NCBI RefSeq assembly: GCF_035084215.1
Contig: NC_090332.1
Location: 16,244,001-16,308,000, forward strand
DNA: 64,000 bases
From: Heptranchias perlo
Taxonomy: Eukaryota
Direction: 5' to 3'
How positions within the stretch are numbered: the stretch's first letter is position 1; each line of letters opens with the position of its first letter. Position numbers and translations under genes: made by a program. Under the pieces are notes generated by a model. That model saw nothing but the letters and a program-made list of their open reading frames with translations. It searched no databases and was not told where the DNA came from. Shown here piece after piece: positions 1 to 12,350 of this stretch.

Positions 1-20
1 GTCAGCAGCCAGAGCTCCAC

Positions 21-200
21 AGAATCAGAGAACATTACAGCACGGAAACAGACCTTTTGGTACCTCAAGTCTGTTTCCTCCACATGAGCCGCCTAATTAA
101 TCCCACTCTCCCGGTTGCTCCCCATACCCTTTAATATAACTCTTTATCAAGCAAATACCTGACTCCTTTTTATAAGGAACTTACAGGCTCTGACTGCTTC
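21..200 (-). mobile_element. Old CR1 LINE 3' end fragment
   Basis: 'agaacattacagcacggaaacagacc...cccactctccc...ccccataccc' resembles the reverse-complement CR1 3' UTR seen in younger copies in this window. Confidence 0.5.
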
Positions 201-413
201 AACAATGGATGAAGCAGATATCATACTAAAAAATTTAAAATATATTTTGTGTGTGGTGATTAAAAGGGGAGGATTTCTTTCTATTCAAAGAGCTCCTTTC
301 TTTAGTAATATTCTCCTTTTTAAAACTGGGTAATTAAAAATCAAGAATAATGTCAGAAATATTCAATGGCCATTTTGTGCGGTCTTTTGTAGAATCTCAG
401 ACGTCATAAATAC

Positions 414-718
414 ATAATATCATAGTAGGTACACACAGGAGGAGGCCATTCAACACACCGTGCCTGTGCTGGCCGTATCCAATTAGTCCCATTCCCCTGC
501 TCTTTCCCAATAGCCCTGCAAATTTTTTCCCTTCAAGTATTTATCCAATTCCGTTTTGAAAGTTACTATTGAATCTGCTTCCACCACGCTTTTGGGCAGT
601 GCATTCCAGATCATTACAACTTGCTGCGTAAAAAAAATGTTTCCTCAATTCGCCTCTGGCTCTTTTGCCGATCACCTTAAATCTATGTCCTCTGATTACC
701 GACCCGTCTGCCACTGGA
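414..718 (-). mobile_element. CR1 LINE 3' end (subfamily A)
   Basis: Minus frame gives 'RGHRFKVIG..RGELRKHFF' (CR1 ORF2 C-terminus); similar copies at 35.8, 44.4, 55.5, 57.4 and 61.4 kb. Confidence 0.9.
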
Positions 719-1599
719 CAGGCAAAAAAAAGATGAATTTTCAAACAACACTGATATGTGAAGGACAAACCATATCTTAATTCCACAAAAACAATGTAGA
801 TATTTCAGAATGAAGTAAAAATAAACATAAATCTGTATTGTATAAAATAAAGCTGGAACTGCGAAAAGTAGAATCAATTGGGATGGGATACGTGAGGGAG
901 TCTTTGTGTGGAAATCAAAAAAATAAAGAGGCGTGCTGTCAGAAATAAAATGTAATAATTTCAAACATTTAGGTGAAAAATTCAGAAAGCGTGTTTCAAG
1001 GCATTGAGCGACAATTGCACATCGTTTCAAATATCATATCCGACAGCCGACAAGCTTCCTACATTCATGGTGAGCACTGGTCCGCTTGGCAAAGCCCAAC
1101 ACAATTAACCAAAAACTAGTGACTTTCAGGATTTGGCTGGTCGAATGGACCAGTTAACATCGTTCATCAACTAGTGTATTATACTCCCACACACAAGAAA
1201 GATGCTTGTGCAGTCTTTTTAATAACCTCTTTCAAGAAACAACTGCAGGATGTTTCTAGCAGTTACAACAAGTTATTTTTTAGTTTCTGTCCTTATTGGT
1301 GGGGGGGGTGGGGGAACCATTTTTTATTATGGATCAGCAATCCTATCGGGTCCTGGCCCGGTTCTGTCAACCTTGGAGCCTTAAATTGAAGTTTCTGGCC
1401 TTGGTTCTAGTGCTCAATCACCTTCATTATCCCACACACAGTCTCTTCAAACAAGCCTTTAAGGACTTTTAAAGTCAGTTTTTATTGGCAATTTAAAAAT
1501 TGGCTATTCTGTTTTTTTCAGGTTTTATTTTCAGTGTAAAAAAATGAGAGAAAATCAGAGGAAAAACTTGGTCCTCAAAAAAAAAACTAGGTAAATTCG

Positions 1600-1778
1600 A
1601 CAGCAACTCCCAAACCAGAGACCTCCACCACCTAGAAAGAAAAGGACAGCAGGTGTATGGGAACACCATCACCTCCAAGTTCCACTCAAGTCACACACCA
1701 TCCTGGTTTGGACATATACCGCCATTCCTTAATTGTAGCTGGGTCAAAACCTGGAACTCCTTACTTAGCAGCACTGTT
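1600..1778 (+). mobile_element. 3' region of a CR1-group (Zenon-like?) LINE, left half of an interrupted copy
   Basis: Homologous to ~24408-24585 ('cagcacctcccaaacc...gggtcaaaatcctggaactccc'); resumes at 4268. Confidence 0.8.
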
Positions 1779-1781
1779 ACA

Positions 1782-1993
1782 TTGAGTCTACAGCACAGAA
1801 ACAGGCCATTCGGCCCAACTGGTCCATGCCGGCATTTATGCTCCACACGAGCCTCCTCCCTCCCTAATTCATCGACCTCTATCAGCATACCCTTCTATTC
1901 CTTTCTCCTTCGTGTGCTTATCTAGCGTTCCCTTAAATGCATCTATGCTATTTGCCTCAACTACTCTTTGTGGTAGCGCGTTCCACATTCTTA
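1782..1993 (-). mobile_element. CR1 LINE 3' end (subfamily B), left part of an interrupted copy
   Basis: Minus frame 'VRMWNALPQRVVEANSIDAFKGTLDKH'; matches the 3' end of the 42766-43655 copy. Confidence 0.9.
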
Positions 1994-3506
1994 CATCCCC
2001 AGGACCAAATGGTTTCCATCCCAGGGTTTTAAAGGAAGTAGGTGAGAACATTGTAGATGCCCTAATTATAATCTTCCAAAGTTCTCTCAATTCAGGAACC
2101 GTTCCTAGAAAATTGCATATGCCACTCCGCTATTTAAGAAAGGTGAGAGAGGGAAACCAGGGAATCACAGACCAGTTAGCCTAACATCTGTTGTCAGGAA
2201 ATTACGAGAGTTTATAATTAAGGACAGAGTGACTGAACACCTTGAAAATTTTCAGCTGATCAGAGAGAGCCAGCATGGATTTGTAAAGGGTAGGTCATGC
2301 CTGACGAACCTGATTGAATTTTTTGAAGCGGTGACTAAAGTAGTGGACAGGGGAATGTGTATGGATGTTGTTTATATGGTCTTCCAGAAGGCATTCGATA
2401 AAGTCCCTCATAAGAGACTGTTAGCTTAAGTTGAAGCTAATGGAATTGAGGGTAAATTATTGACCTGGTCAGGAAATTGGCTGAGCAGCAGGAGACAGAG
2501 AGTAGTGATAATGGACAGGTACTCAAATTGGCAGGATGTGACTAGTGGTGTCCCACAGGGATGTGTGTTGGGACCTCAACTTTTCACTGTATTTATTTAT
2601 GACTTAGATGACGGGATAGAGAGCTACATATTCAAGTTTGCCGATGACACAAAGTTAGGCAGCATTGTAAGCAGTGTAGATGGAAGCATAAAATTACAGA
2701 GAGATATTAATAGTGAATGGGCAAAACTATGGCAAATGGATTTCATTGCAGGTAAATGTGAGGTCATCCACTTTGGACCTAAAAAGGATAGATCAGAGTA
2801 CTTTCTAAATGGTGAAAAGCTCGAAACAGTGGAGGTCCAAAGAGGCTCAGGGGTCCATGTACATAGATCATTAAAATATCATGGACAGGTACAGAAAATA
2901 ATCAAAAAGACTAATGGAATGCTGGCCTTTATATCTAGGAATAGCCCTGGTTTGACCACACCTGGAATACTGTGTTCAGTTCTGGGCACCGCACCTTAGG
3001 AAGGATATATTGGCCTTGGAGGGAGTGCAGTGTAAATTTACTAGAATGATATCTGGACTCCAAGGGTTAAGTTACGAGGAGAGATTATACAAACTCGGGT
3101 TGTATTCCCTGGAATTTAGAAGATTAAGGGGCGATTTGATCGAAGTTTTCAAGATATTAAGGGGAACTGATAGAACTTTCTAAATAGAGAGAAACTATTT
3201 CCACTGGTTGGGGAGTCTAGGACTAGGGGACATAGCCTAAAAATTAGTGCCAGGACTTTCAGGAGTGAAGTCAGGAAACACTTCTACACGCAAAGGGTGG
3301 TAGAAGTTTGGAACTCTCTTCCGCAAACGGCAGTTGATGCTAGCTCAATTGTTAATTTTAAGTCTGAGATTGTTATATTTTTGTTAACCAAAGGGACATG
3401 GGGCTAAGCCGGGTGTATGGAGTTAGGTCACAGATCAGCCATGATCTCATTGAATGGCAGAACAGGCTCAAGGGGCTAAATGGCCTACTCCTGTTACTAT
3501 GTTCCT
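1994..3506 (+). mobile_element. 5'-truncated CR1 LINE with decayed reverse transcriptase
   Basis: [52 protein letters not shown] motifs broken by stops/frameshifts; 3' UTR ends 'ggcctactcctgttactatgttcctat'. Confidence 0.95.
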
Positions 3507-4266
3507 ATTACCACTCTTTTGGTAAAGAAGTTTCTCCTGAATTCCCAATTGGATTTATTAGTGACGATCTTATCTTGGTGACCTCTAGTTTTGGACTCCC
3601 CCATAAGTAGAAACATTTTCTCTACGTCTACCCTATCAAACCCTATCATTATCTTAAAGACCTCTATTAGGTCACCCCTCAGCCTACAATTTTCTAGAGA
3701 AAAGAGTCCCAGCCTGTTTGTCTTTCCTGATGAGTATATCCTTTCAGTTCTGGTATCATCCTAGTAAATCTTTTTTGCACCTTTCCCAGTGCCTCTATAT
3801 ACTTTTTATAATATGGAGACCAGAACTGTTCATAGTACTCCAAGTGTGGTTTAACCAAGGTTCCATACACATTTAACATAACTTCTCTGCTTTTCAATTC
3901 CATCCCTGTAGAAATGAACCCCAGTGCTTGGTTTGTTTTTTTATGGCCTTATTAACCTGTGACACTACATTTAGTGATTTGTATATCTGTCCCCCAGATC
4001 CTTCTGCTCCTCTGCCCCATTTAGACCCTTATTATCCAAGCAGTAAGTGGCCTCCTTATTCTTCCTACTGAAATGTAATACCTCACACTTATCTATATTG
4101 AAATTCATTTGCCAATTACATGCCCATTCTGCAAGTTTATTAATGTCTTCCTGTATTTTTTCGCAGTCTTCCTCAGTGTTAACTATACCCCCCAATTTGG
4201 TCGGGTCCGCAAATTTTGAAATTGTACTTCAGATCCCCAAGTCCAAATTGTTTATGTTAATAGTGA
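3507..4266 (-). mobile_element. CR1 LINE (subfamily B), right part of the interrupted copy
   Basis: Minus ORFs 'LVKPHLEY..QFWSPY' and 'WQMNFNIDKCEVLHF'; continues 1782-1993 colinearly. Confidence 0.92.
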
Positions 4267-4267
4267 A

Positions 4268-4410
4268 TGCGAGAATACCATCACCACATGGACTGCAGCG
4301 GTTCAAGAAGACGGCCCACCATCACCTTCTCAAGGGCAACTTGGGATAAGCAATAAACTCTGGCCTTGTTAGCAATGCCCACATCCCAAGAATGAATATT
4401 TTTTAAAAAA
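4268..4410 (+). mobile_element. LINE 3' tail, right half of the copy starting at 1600
   Basis: 'PSPHGLQRFKKTAHHHLLKGN' then 'gggataagcaataaactctggcc...cccacatcccaagaatgaat' and an A/T-rich tail. Confidence 0.85.
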
Positions 4411-4589
4411 ATTCAGAGAAAATCATTAAAAGAAAACAGTTTTTATTTTGAACACCACTAAAAGTCAAGGAAACGAGCAAGAGTGCAGTGAAGCTAAATG
4501 AAAACTCACATTTATTTACACCATTTACAGGTACCACTTTTATTGTGCTCACAATCAGACTCTCGCCCTCCACCCAGAAATAATAAAAA

Positions 4590-4822
4590 TAATAGCAAGG
4601 CCAGCATTTATTGTCCATCTGTAGGTGCCCTTGAGAAGGTGGTGGTGAGCCACTTTCTTGAACCACTGCAGTTCATGTGGTGAAGGTGCTCCCACAATGC
4701 TGTTAGGTAGGGAGTTCCAGGATTTTGACCCAGTGACGATGAAGGAACGGCGATATATGTCAAAGTCAGGATGGTGTGTGATTTGGAGGGGAACTTGGAG
4801 GTGATGGCATTCCCATTTCCAC
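4590..4822 (-). mobile_element. LINE 3' end, same family as 24262-24722
   Basis: Minus frame 'RRSFIVTGSKSWNSLPNSIVGAPSPH..FKKVAHHHLLKG'. Confidence 0.85.
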
Positions 4823-5234
4823 AGCATGTAATACTGTGCCACCATGGAGAAACTGTTGAATACTTACTAGAGCTTAGGGGAGTGTCGTGCTGTGATTGGA
4901 GACAATAAGGGCTCATGGGCCTGCACTGTTCCACCCATGAGGTATCATTTTTAATTTCATTCATTGTAGAAATCGTTAAAGATAAAGAATTTAATAGAAA
5001 ACAGCTGTTTATACAGCAACCGCCACCTGCTGCAGGAGAAATGTTCCCTTGACAACCCACGGTCACCAGTGAACACACCATACACAGGGACCTAAACCAG
5101 CTAATTATCTCTAAAATGTACAATTGACCTACATTTGAGCTAATATCCATTGTAAGTGTGTTAGTACCTCAGCTAAAATAGTGAACAGAGGAATGTCATA
5201 GAAGTGTGTTAAGTGTTTGTTCTCTGATACCACT

Positions 5235-5600
5235 AACTGTCCCTGTCACTGCACTGAAACGGCTCTGATCAGACTCACAACTGACATCCTCTGTGACTGT
5301 GACCATGATGCAGTTTCCTTCCTCATCTTCCTCGACCAGACTTTGACCCAGTCGATTACACTGTTCTTATTGCCTCTCCTCTGTTGTCCAGCTCAACTGG
5401 ATTCGCTTGATTCCACTCTTCCCTATCCAATCTTAGCTAGAGCATCTCCAGCAATAGCTTCCTGCCACTGCGCCGTTGCCTCTGGAGTCCCCCAAGAATC
5501 TATCCTTGGCCTCCTCCTCTTCATCATCTACATGCTGACCCTTAGCAACATCATCCACAAACATGGGGTCAGGTTCTATGTGTATGCTGATGACACCCTG
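5235..5600 (+). mobile_element. L2 LINE RT fragment
   Basis: 'TETALIRLTTDIL', 'SGVPQESILGLLLFIIYM', 'YADDT'. Confidence 0.85.
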
Positions 5601-7140
5601 GTATTAGTAACATATGGGCAGCAGAATTTTGGATGTACTGAAGATTACGGAGGATGGGAGACCAGCCAGGAGAGCATTGGAATTGCTGAGTATGGAGATG
5701 ACAAAGGCATGGATGAGGGTTTCAGCAACAGATGGGCAGAGGTAGGGCCGGAGGTGGGTGATGCTACAGAGGTGGAAGAAGGTGGTCTTTGTGAGGGAAA
5801 GGATATGGGATTAGAAGCTCAGTTTGGGGTCAAATAGGATACTGAGGTTGTGAACAATCTAGTTCAACCTGAGCCAATGGCCAGGGAGAGGGATGGTGCT
5901 CAAGACAATGCCTTAGGTCTTCCTAATGTTTAATTGGAGGAAACTGCAGCTCATCACAAAAGACTGGATGTCAGGCAACAGTCTGACAACACAGAAGCAG
6001 TGGAGAGAAGCCTTTGCAGGAGATGACTGGCTACAATTGGATTGTTTAGAATGGAACCAAGCAAAAACAATAGAGGAGATGCAATGGAGGAGGATGGCAT
6101 GGTCAACCATGTCAAAGGCTGCAAGGTCAAGGAGGAAGAGGACAGACCATTCATCACAGTCACAGTGAAAGAGGATGTTATTTTGACCTTGGTTCAGGCC
6201 CATTTAAAGCTGTGGCAGAGGCTAAAGCCTGATTGGAGAGATTCAAATAGTGAGTTTGCGAGAAAGATGGGCATGGATTTGGGAGGCAACAACACTTTCA
6301 AGTACTTATGAGAGGAAAGAGATGTTGGAGATGGGACAGTCATTTTTAAGGATAGGCGGGTCGAAGGTGGGTTTTTTGATGGGGGGAGTGATGATGGAGG
6401 ATTTGAAAGGGAAGGAGACAGTACCTGAGGAGAGAGAATCATTTACAATGTCAAGTAGCATGGTGGGGGGGGGGTGGGGGGTGGTGGGGGGGTGGGGGTG
6501 CTAGGAAAAAAAATTGGGTAGTCAGCAGTATGGTGGAAATGGGGTCAAGAGAGCAGGAGGTGGGTCTCATGGACAAGATGCATCAGGAGAGAGCATGAGG
6601 GGGGAGATGGGAGAGAAATTAGAGAGGGACATGGGTTCAAGGCTAGGGCAGGAGAAGCCCGAGGAAGGTTTGGCTTGGTGGGCAACGGGAAGGGGGGAAG
6701 CACTTAAATGGATATTCTCAATCGTAGTGACTAAGAAGTCCATGAGCTCCTCGCATTTGCTGTTGGAGGTGAGGATGGAGGGGGCAGGGGAGAAGGGATT
6801 AAGGAGACAGTAGGTGGTAAAGAGAAAAGAAGCCAGTTGTTACCTTTGCTCTCCTGGATGGTCATCGTGTAATGGATTTGCAGAGGAGAATGAGGCCCAA
6901 TATCACTTGATGTGGTCGAGCCAGATCGGGTAATAAAGCAGTTGTGCACCAGATATGCTCAAGTCTGCATCCTTGAATTTGAGGGAGCAAAGATGAGGGG
7001 CATAGCAGGGGGAATGACCCAGATGAGAGAGGTAAAGGTTTTTCTAGGGACAAGGGGAATGAAGGCAAATTGATGATTGCAGAAGTATGATGTTAAATGA
7101 AGGACCAAAGGCTAGGCCAGATTATAAACCTAGATCTGGT
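5601..7140 (-). mobile_element. L2 LINE fragment (linker and RT)
   Basis: Minus frames 'NSLFESLQSGF', 'LLDLAAFDMVDHAILL'; homologous to ~18950-20650. Confidence 0.88.
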
Positions 7141-8479
7141 GCCTACAAGGGGAACAATGAATAGAGTGCTGGGATTAATAGTTATAATTGTAGGTATTTA
7201 AAATGTTCATTATGTTATTAATATTCTGCACTGCAGAGGTCATTTTTTTATTGATCTCAATTATAGCTACAGCATCAGTATGTAAACAAGTGTGTTTCAA
7301 ATACTTTGGACTGCAGGAACTGACCCATTTTGACATTAATTCACCCTCTGTGAAGTTATGAAGTGAAAGGCTTTATCAATGCTTTCAATAAAAGAAATGG
7401 CTCACAAGAGGATTATTATGCTGCTGACCAGTTAGCAGGAGTTTGTGGGAATATGTTAATTCTGCCGAGCACTGAAATTTCTTTGAAGTTTATCAAGTAG
7501 ACATTTTCTATCACAGAGCACAGATCTGTACAATCACAAAACATTTCCTTCTTTCCAGAATTCATCACATGAACTAAAATGTATAACAACTAATGTATGT
7601 CTTGTGGTGTTGTTCACCGGTGAGTGTGGGTAATATGCTGGTTTTTGGTTTTTTTATTTAATCAAAAAATACTTACATACGTTTTGCAAAGTCACTGTAC
7701 AGTCTTGTTACTTCGTACTTTCAGGGGAATACAATGACAAATTGGATTTCAAATGTCCCATATGTCACTGAAGAACTCATTTTAATTGCTGATCTCAATC
7801 ATAATGTTAAGAGAAATGGGAATCGCATGCTTTTGGGGGGTGATTTGGTGGCATCCCTCAGCTGAGTCAGGTAGATGTCCAGGGCCCAGCCTACCCAGGG
7901 GTCTCACAAAGCTTTGTTACCTTACGTGGGGCTTTCTTGGTCCCATGGAAGAGAATCCATGAGAGCATGTGACAGTGTTCCCAGTTGAGTTGGGATCTCT
8001 GGGTACCATAGGTATCCAGGAAAGGATTCCAAACTGCCTGGTGCTTCCAGGTGGAGTCTGTATTTTACCCATTCCAACTGGCATATATCCTACAAATGTT
8101 CCACCCATGTTTTTCGTGGGGAGGCTTGCATTCCATCAGGTGGGGTGGCGGGGTGGGGGGGGAGAATGGATCAGCTTGCAGCTAACATTGACAGCTGGAT
8201 TAGCTTATGAGTTGCTGAGGTGCTTTTCTGCAATGGGTACACTCAGTGGACACTGGCTATTTTATTATGTGAGCAACAACAAATATCTCTTCACCCCCCC
8301 TCCCAGCAGAACGAGAGTAAGACAATATTCTCCCTACCCACCATCGCTGGGGTTCTGTCTCTCTCTTCCCACAACACTCCCTAGATTTAACGGGCATAGG
8401 TACAACCACTGAGGGGAGGAGGGGGAAATATTCTTCCTTCCCTAAATTTTGGTTATGTCCTTCTATCCCCCACTCCAAA

Positions 8480-9550
8480 TCACAGAATTACTCTTAATAT
8501 CCCCCCCCCTCAAAATTCTTTATTTGTGTTGGTGCCTTTATCTCTTATCCCACTTTAACAGCATTTTTCTCTCCCTTTCCCCTTCAACTTGTTCTCTCTC
8601 TCATCCTTCCCACCCCCACATACAATAAGTTATCTCTCCATCTCTTTTCTTGGCTGTGCAGAACCCTCTTCCTCTTGTGTCGTATCTCTTCCTCCCTCTT
8701 TCTCTCCTCTTCGATCCCACATGGTATCTCTCTTGCTCTCTGTCAACCTGATTCCCAAGAAAGTATTTTCCCTTTCTCTACACCCCTTCCCCAATAACAC
8801 CTCTATGTCTCCCTCTGTCCTCGTCATTCACTGGGCTGCAGTGCTGCTAAAATCACTGTTACTAGATTTTCAGTGTTGTCGTCAAATAGTCATTAAAGAC
8901 AAGCCTAAAATGGGCCAAAAAACAAAATGGAACATGTGATAAAGATATATGCTGTTTTATGCAGCACAACTTCATTTCTGATGTATTATTTCTCTAATTT
9001 TTGCAATTTGTTCTTTCTGATTTTCATATTCTATCTGGTATTTCTGTACTTTCTCAATTCCTGTTTTTCAGTTTCTACAATTTCTGTAACATTTCTCCTC
9101 CTGCCTTGTTTTGCCTTTCTTTGCAGTTAATGTCATTTTTTCTTCTTAATCTAGATGTTTGTTTCTTCCCTGTTTGACTGACTGTGTGTTGTCTGTCTGT
9201 CTCTCATTTGCTCTCTCTCCCTCTACGGTTATTGTAATATTTTCTCCCTCTCTTTCTAGGTGGCTGTTTTCTCCCCCTCCTCCTCTTTAGTTTCTCTGCT
9301 GTTCGTTAATCCCACTCATCCTGTCTGTTCAGTCCTGTCTTTCTTTCTCCTCTTGGTCTCTGTTTCTATCTAATATTGCTGTATCTCCTTCTCAGATTGT
9401 CCCAGCCCTGCCACTGGGATGCAATTAAATTAAAAACAAAACAAAAAAACATCTTTCTGCATCTTTTATGCCCAACTGTCATTTTATTGCTCTCATCTGT
9501 CAAATACAACATTTTCAGTCAATCACTCTCATCTCTCTGCCTCCTCCCAA
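8480..9550. repeat. Pyrimidine-rich low-complexity tract
   Basis: Long C/T-biased stretch with imperfect (CT)n/(CTT)n runs. Confidence 0.6.
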
Positions 9551-9879
9551 TCTCTGCCTGTAAGAAAGAGTCAAGGGTTCTTTCATTGAAAACAAACGCT
9601 TGTACATCTACATATCACTCGGACACTGCTTAATGGCAAGAATAGTACAAAAGGGAGGAAAATGTGACACAACTCAAGAAGACTTTATTAGAATCTTTGC
9701 GACACAACCAGATTTCAAGTTAAAGTAGATTTTATTGTAAAGCTGCTCTGAAGTGGCTATTTCAAAAGGAACCAGCCTACATTGGAAAAATTTCTTTTCA
9801 ATTTAATTAACAAGTAGATGTAATTTTGGGAGGATTTAAAAAGAAAATGCATTGCATGCCCTGATTGCTCAGTCTGTAA

Positions 9880-10240
9880 ATGCACCACTTTGTGTACTAA
9901 TGAGCCCTAAGGTCCAGGGAAAGCCCCAAATTTATTTCTTGCCCTGTGTGGAATTAGCTGGTCTCAGTCTGAACAATTCCAGGACACTACACTGGTATCT
10001 TGTGACCTTCGTCTGGGGAGGGACGTAAATAGTCTGCTTTAGCAGTGCTGATCACTACCCTATGATCTCTGCTGGATGTCAGACGAGAACAGGATCAGAC
10101 TTGGTTGCAGTGCATCCCATGATCAAATGCCCCGTGGACACTCACTGCCTTGACTCAGATTTGAAACATGACCATTTCCACAAAGGGTGCCGTGGAACTG
10201 ACTCGCCAGCAGAGAGCTGCTACATCCTCGAGAGGATGAG
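9880..10240 (+). mobile_element. Old tRNA-derived SINE, decayed
   Basis: Shares ordered blocks ('ggaaa..cc', 'ctgatc.cta', 'acagg.tcag.cttg.ctg', 'actcactg') with copies at 13440, 31790 and 33560. Confidence 0.55.
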
Positions 10241-11604
10241 TGAGGGAAATAAAACAAGAAATAAAGTACTATTCTGTATATGTTATAAGCAATCATCAAT
10301 TCTGCCCTGTAGTACTGCTGACATTTGAAACCTGCTCAAGCTGCTCTGCTGTGGGTGACGATGTCTACAGAATCTATTAATGGAATTGCAGCTCACAAAA
10401 CTTTGTCACTTACAGTTTTAACTAAAAAGGTACGAATGATCTCAAAGGGTTAATTTGCTGCATGATTTACAAATGAGATTACTGGGGAATTGGTCTTAAT
10501 GCTGCAATTGGCTGTTGTGGCTAACCCGCAAGATATACTCACTCTGAAGGTTGATTTTGGAATTTTAATGTGCCCTCCTTATATCTCTGCATTAAGATTC
10601 TGTTCACATGAATAGCTGCATTTAGATGTTGGAAAACCATTGAGAGGTTGTAACATTTTAATTTTAAAACGGTGATTGATGTTTTCCCATTCTGACAGAT
10701 CAGTGAGTGGAATACAAGAGCTAATTTGAATGATGAGTTCAAAGACGCGGCAGAATTGGGCAGTTTTTAACTATGCCGTTGAAAGGTTTAGCTTCTCTGG
10801 TTATAAAAAAATTGATTACGCGCATCTCCTCATCCAATATTGCTTAAACAGATAAAAGTACTGTTGGAACGTTTATATGATTGGAAAGTAAAATTTGGCA
10901 CTACCAAGCAGAAATGATGCAGAGGCCTTCTATGGGAAATTTGGTTTGCAACATGATAAACTTTTACTTGTTGTATGAGGAATTGATACAGTGCAGTTTT
11001 TCTTTCTCATTCACTGGCATTGCTTATCTTTTATGGATTGCAGCTGAATGAAATACATGGTACTTTACACTGAATGACTCTAATATTAAGTGGATAATTA
11101 ACTCGTATAACACTAGCTGCACTGGCCAATATTAGTTATCATTACAAATTATGTAGGAATAGGAGAAACATACAGTATTTGAGAAGCAGGGCATTTGCAA
11201 ATGTTTGCATTATCTGTTCTCGCAATGTATTTTAAAAACACAAAAGCAGGATGAAGTTGAAATGACCTTTCTAACATTGTCCACGAGAGGTGAGCAAATC
11301 TGTGACCTTAGCGGAGCAGCACGGCCTGTCGCTTTGTGAATCAACATTCATCATCTATCCTTCAATTCACACTGTGCATATAGATCAAGTAGGTGTGCCG
11401 GCCATGACATCACAGGCACAGCAACAAATCAGCCCAGCACATGGGCGGCAGCAATTCACAAGTGCCTGAAGGCATTCCAGTACAAGTCAGTTGAACAGAG
11501 GTTTGAAGCCAAAAGCAGTCTGTAGTAGTGTGCTATACAGGGGCTAACTGAAGGCGCTACAGTGAGAGGACCTCATTAGAATTGGACATGTTTTTGGTGG
11601 ATTA

Positions 11605-11686
11605 ATGTATACGATGGGACAGAAAAGTTACCGTGCTGATTATTCTGTACCTCACGTCCAATTCACACGTGTGCAGCAGGTAAAAG
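11605..11686 (+). other. Candidate exon ending at a strong 5' splice site
   Basis: ATG at 11605, open frame MYTMGQKSYRADYSVPHVQFTRVQQVK, donors CAG|GTAAAA (after 11679) and AAG|GTAAGA (after 11686); repeat-poor context with retained CpG. Confidence 0.3.
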
Positions 11687-12038
11687 GTAAGAGATGCATT
11701 TTTTTTTGTTATCTGTAGCTAGGTGGAAGGTTGAATAAAGTCCATTGTAATTGTAATGTGACATTGATAATGTTTACATAATGTGTTGCATTCTGCCAGT
11801 TAGATGATAGCTAAAGTACTTAAAGGTCAAGTGTATGATCCTCCAAACTAGGCTCTTTAAGCAGCTTTTGCATCCTGTAGCAAACTGAAGTTTTGATTCG
11901 TATCAACAACCATGTTGTAGCTGACAAATGTTGCAAAGTCATTTTTCCTCTTTTTTTTTGATAGTCAAGATATTAACTCATCAGCATTTTGGAGATCTCA
12001 TTTAAAAGCGTTTTGGGGGCTAATTATTTTTTTCTCAG

Positions 12039-12350
12039 GGTCCAGCTTTGATGAGATGAAGTAGCGGCTGTGCCATTGTATTCTGTGCTTGTGTCCGATC
12101 GACTGGAGAAGTCGATGACACCACAACCTCCAACTGCAGGACATGGCAAACACGCAGCCTATATTGAGTGAACGTTTCCATTGAAGTCAGTGTAATTCCG
12201 GTGTCTCTGGTTTACTGTTGAGGAATTCGCACGCTTTCAGCATATTAAAAGAAAAGTAATAGATCTGCTGTTTGTTTCTGGCAGTCGGTCTTTTACAAAG
12301 ACACCCTTTTGACTTTTAACTGATTATAGTTCGATTTCACGTACAGACAG
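12039..12350 (+). other. Candidate exon (non-coding or UTR)
   Basis: Branch-like CTAAT (12020-12024), poly-T tract and CAG acceptor at 12036-12038; possible donor CAG|GTGGGT after 12350. Confidence 0.3.

Noticed and set aside
2460-2999. Functional reverse transcriptase gene
   Set aside because: Part of a truncated CR1 with in-frame stops and frameshifts.
11343-11360. miR-181-like start AACATTCA
   Set aside because: The match ends after ~9 nt and no hairpin partner is evident; no known vertebrate miRNA was recognised in the window.
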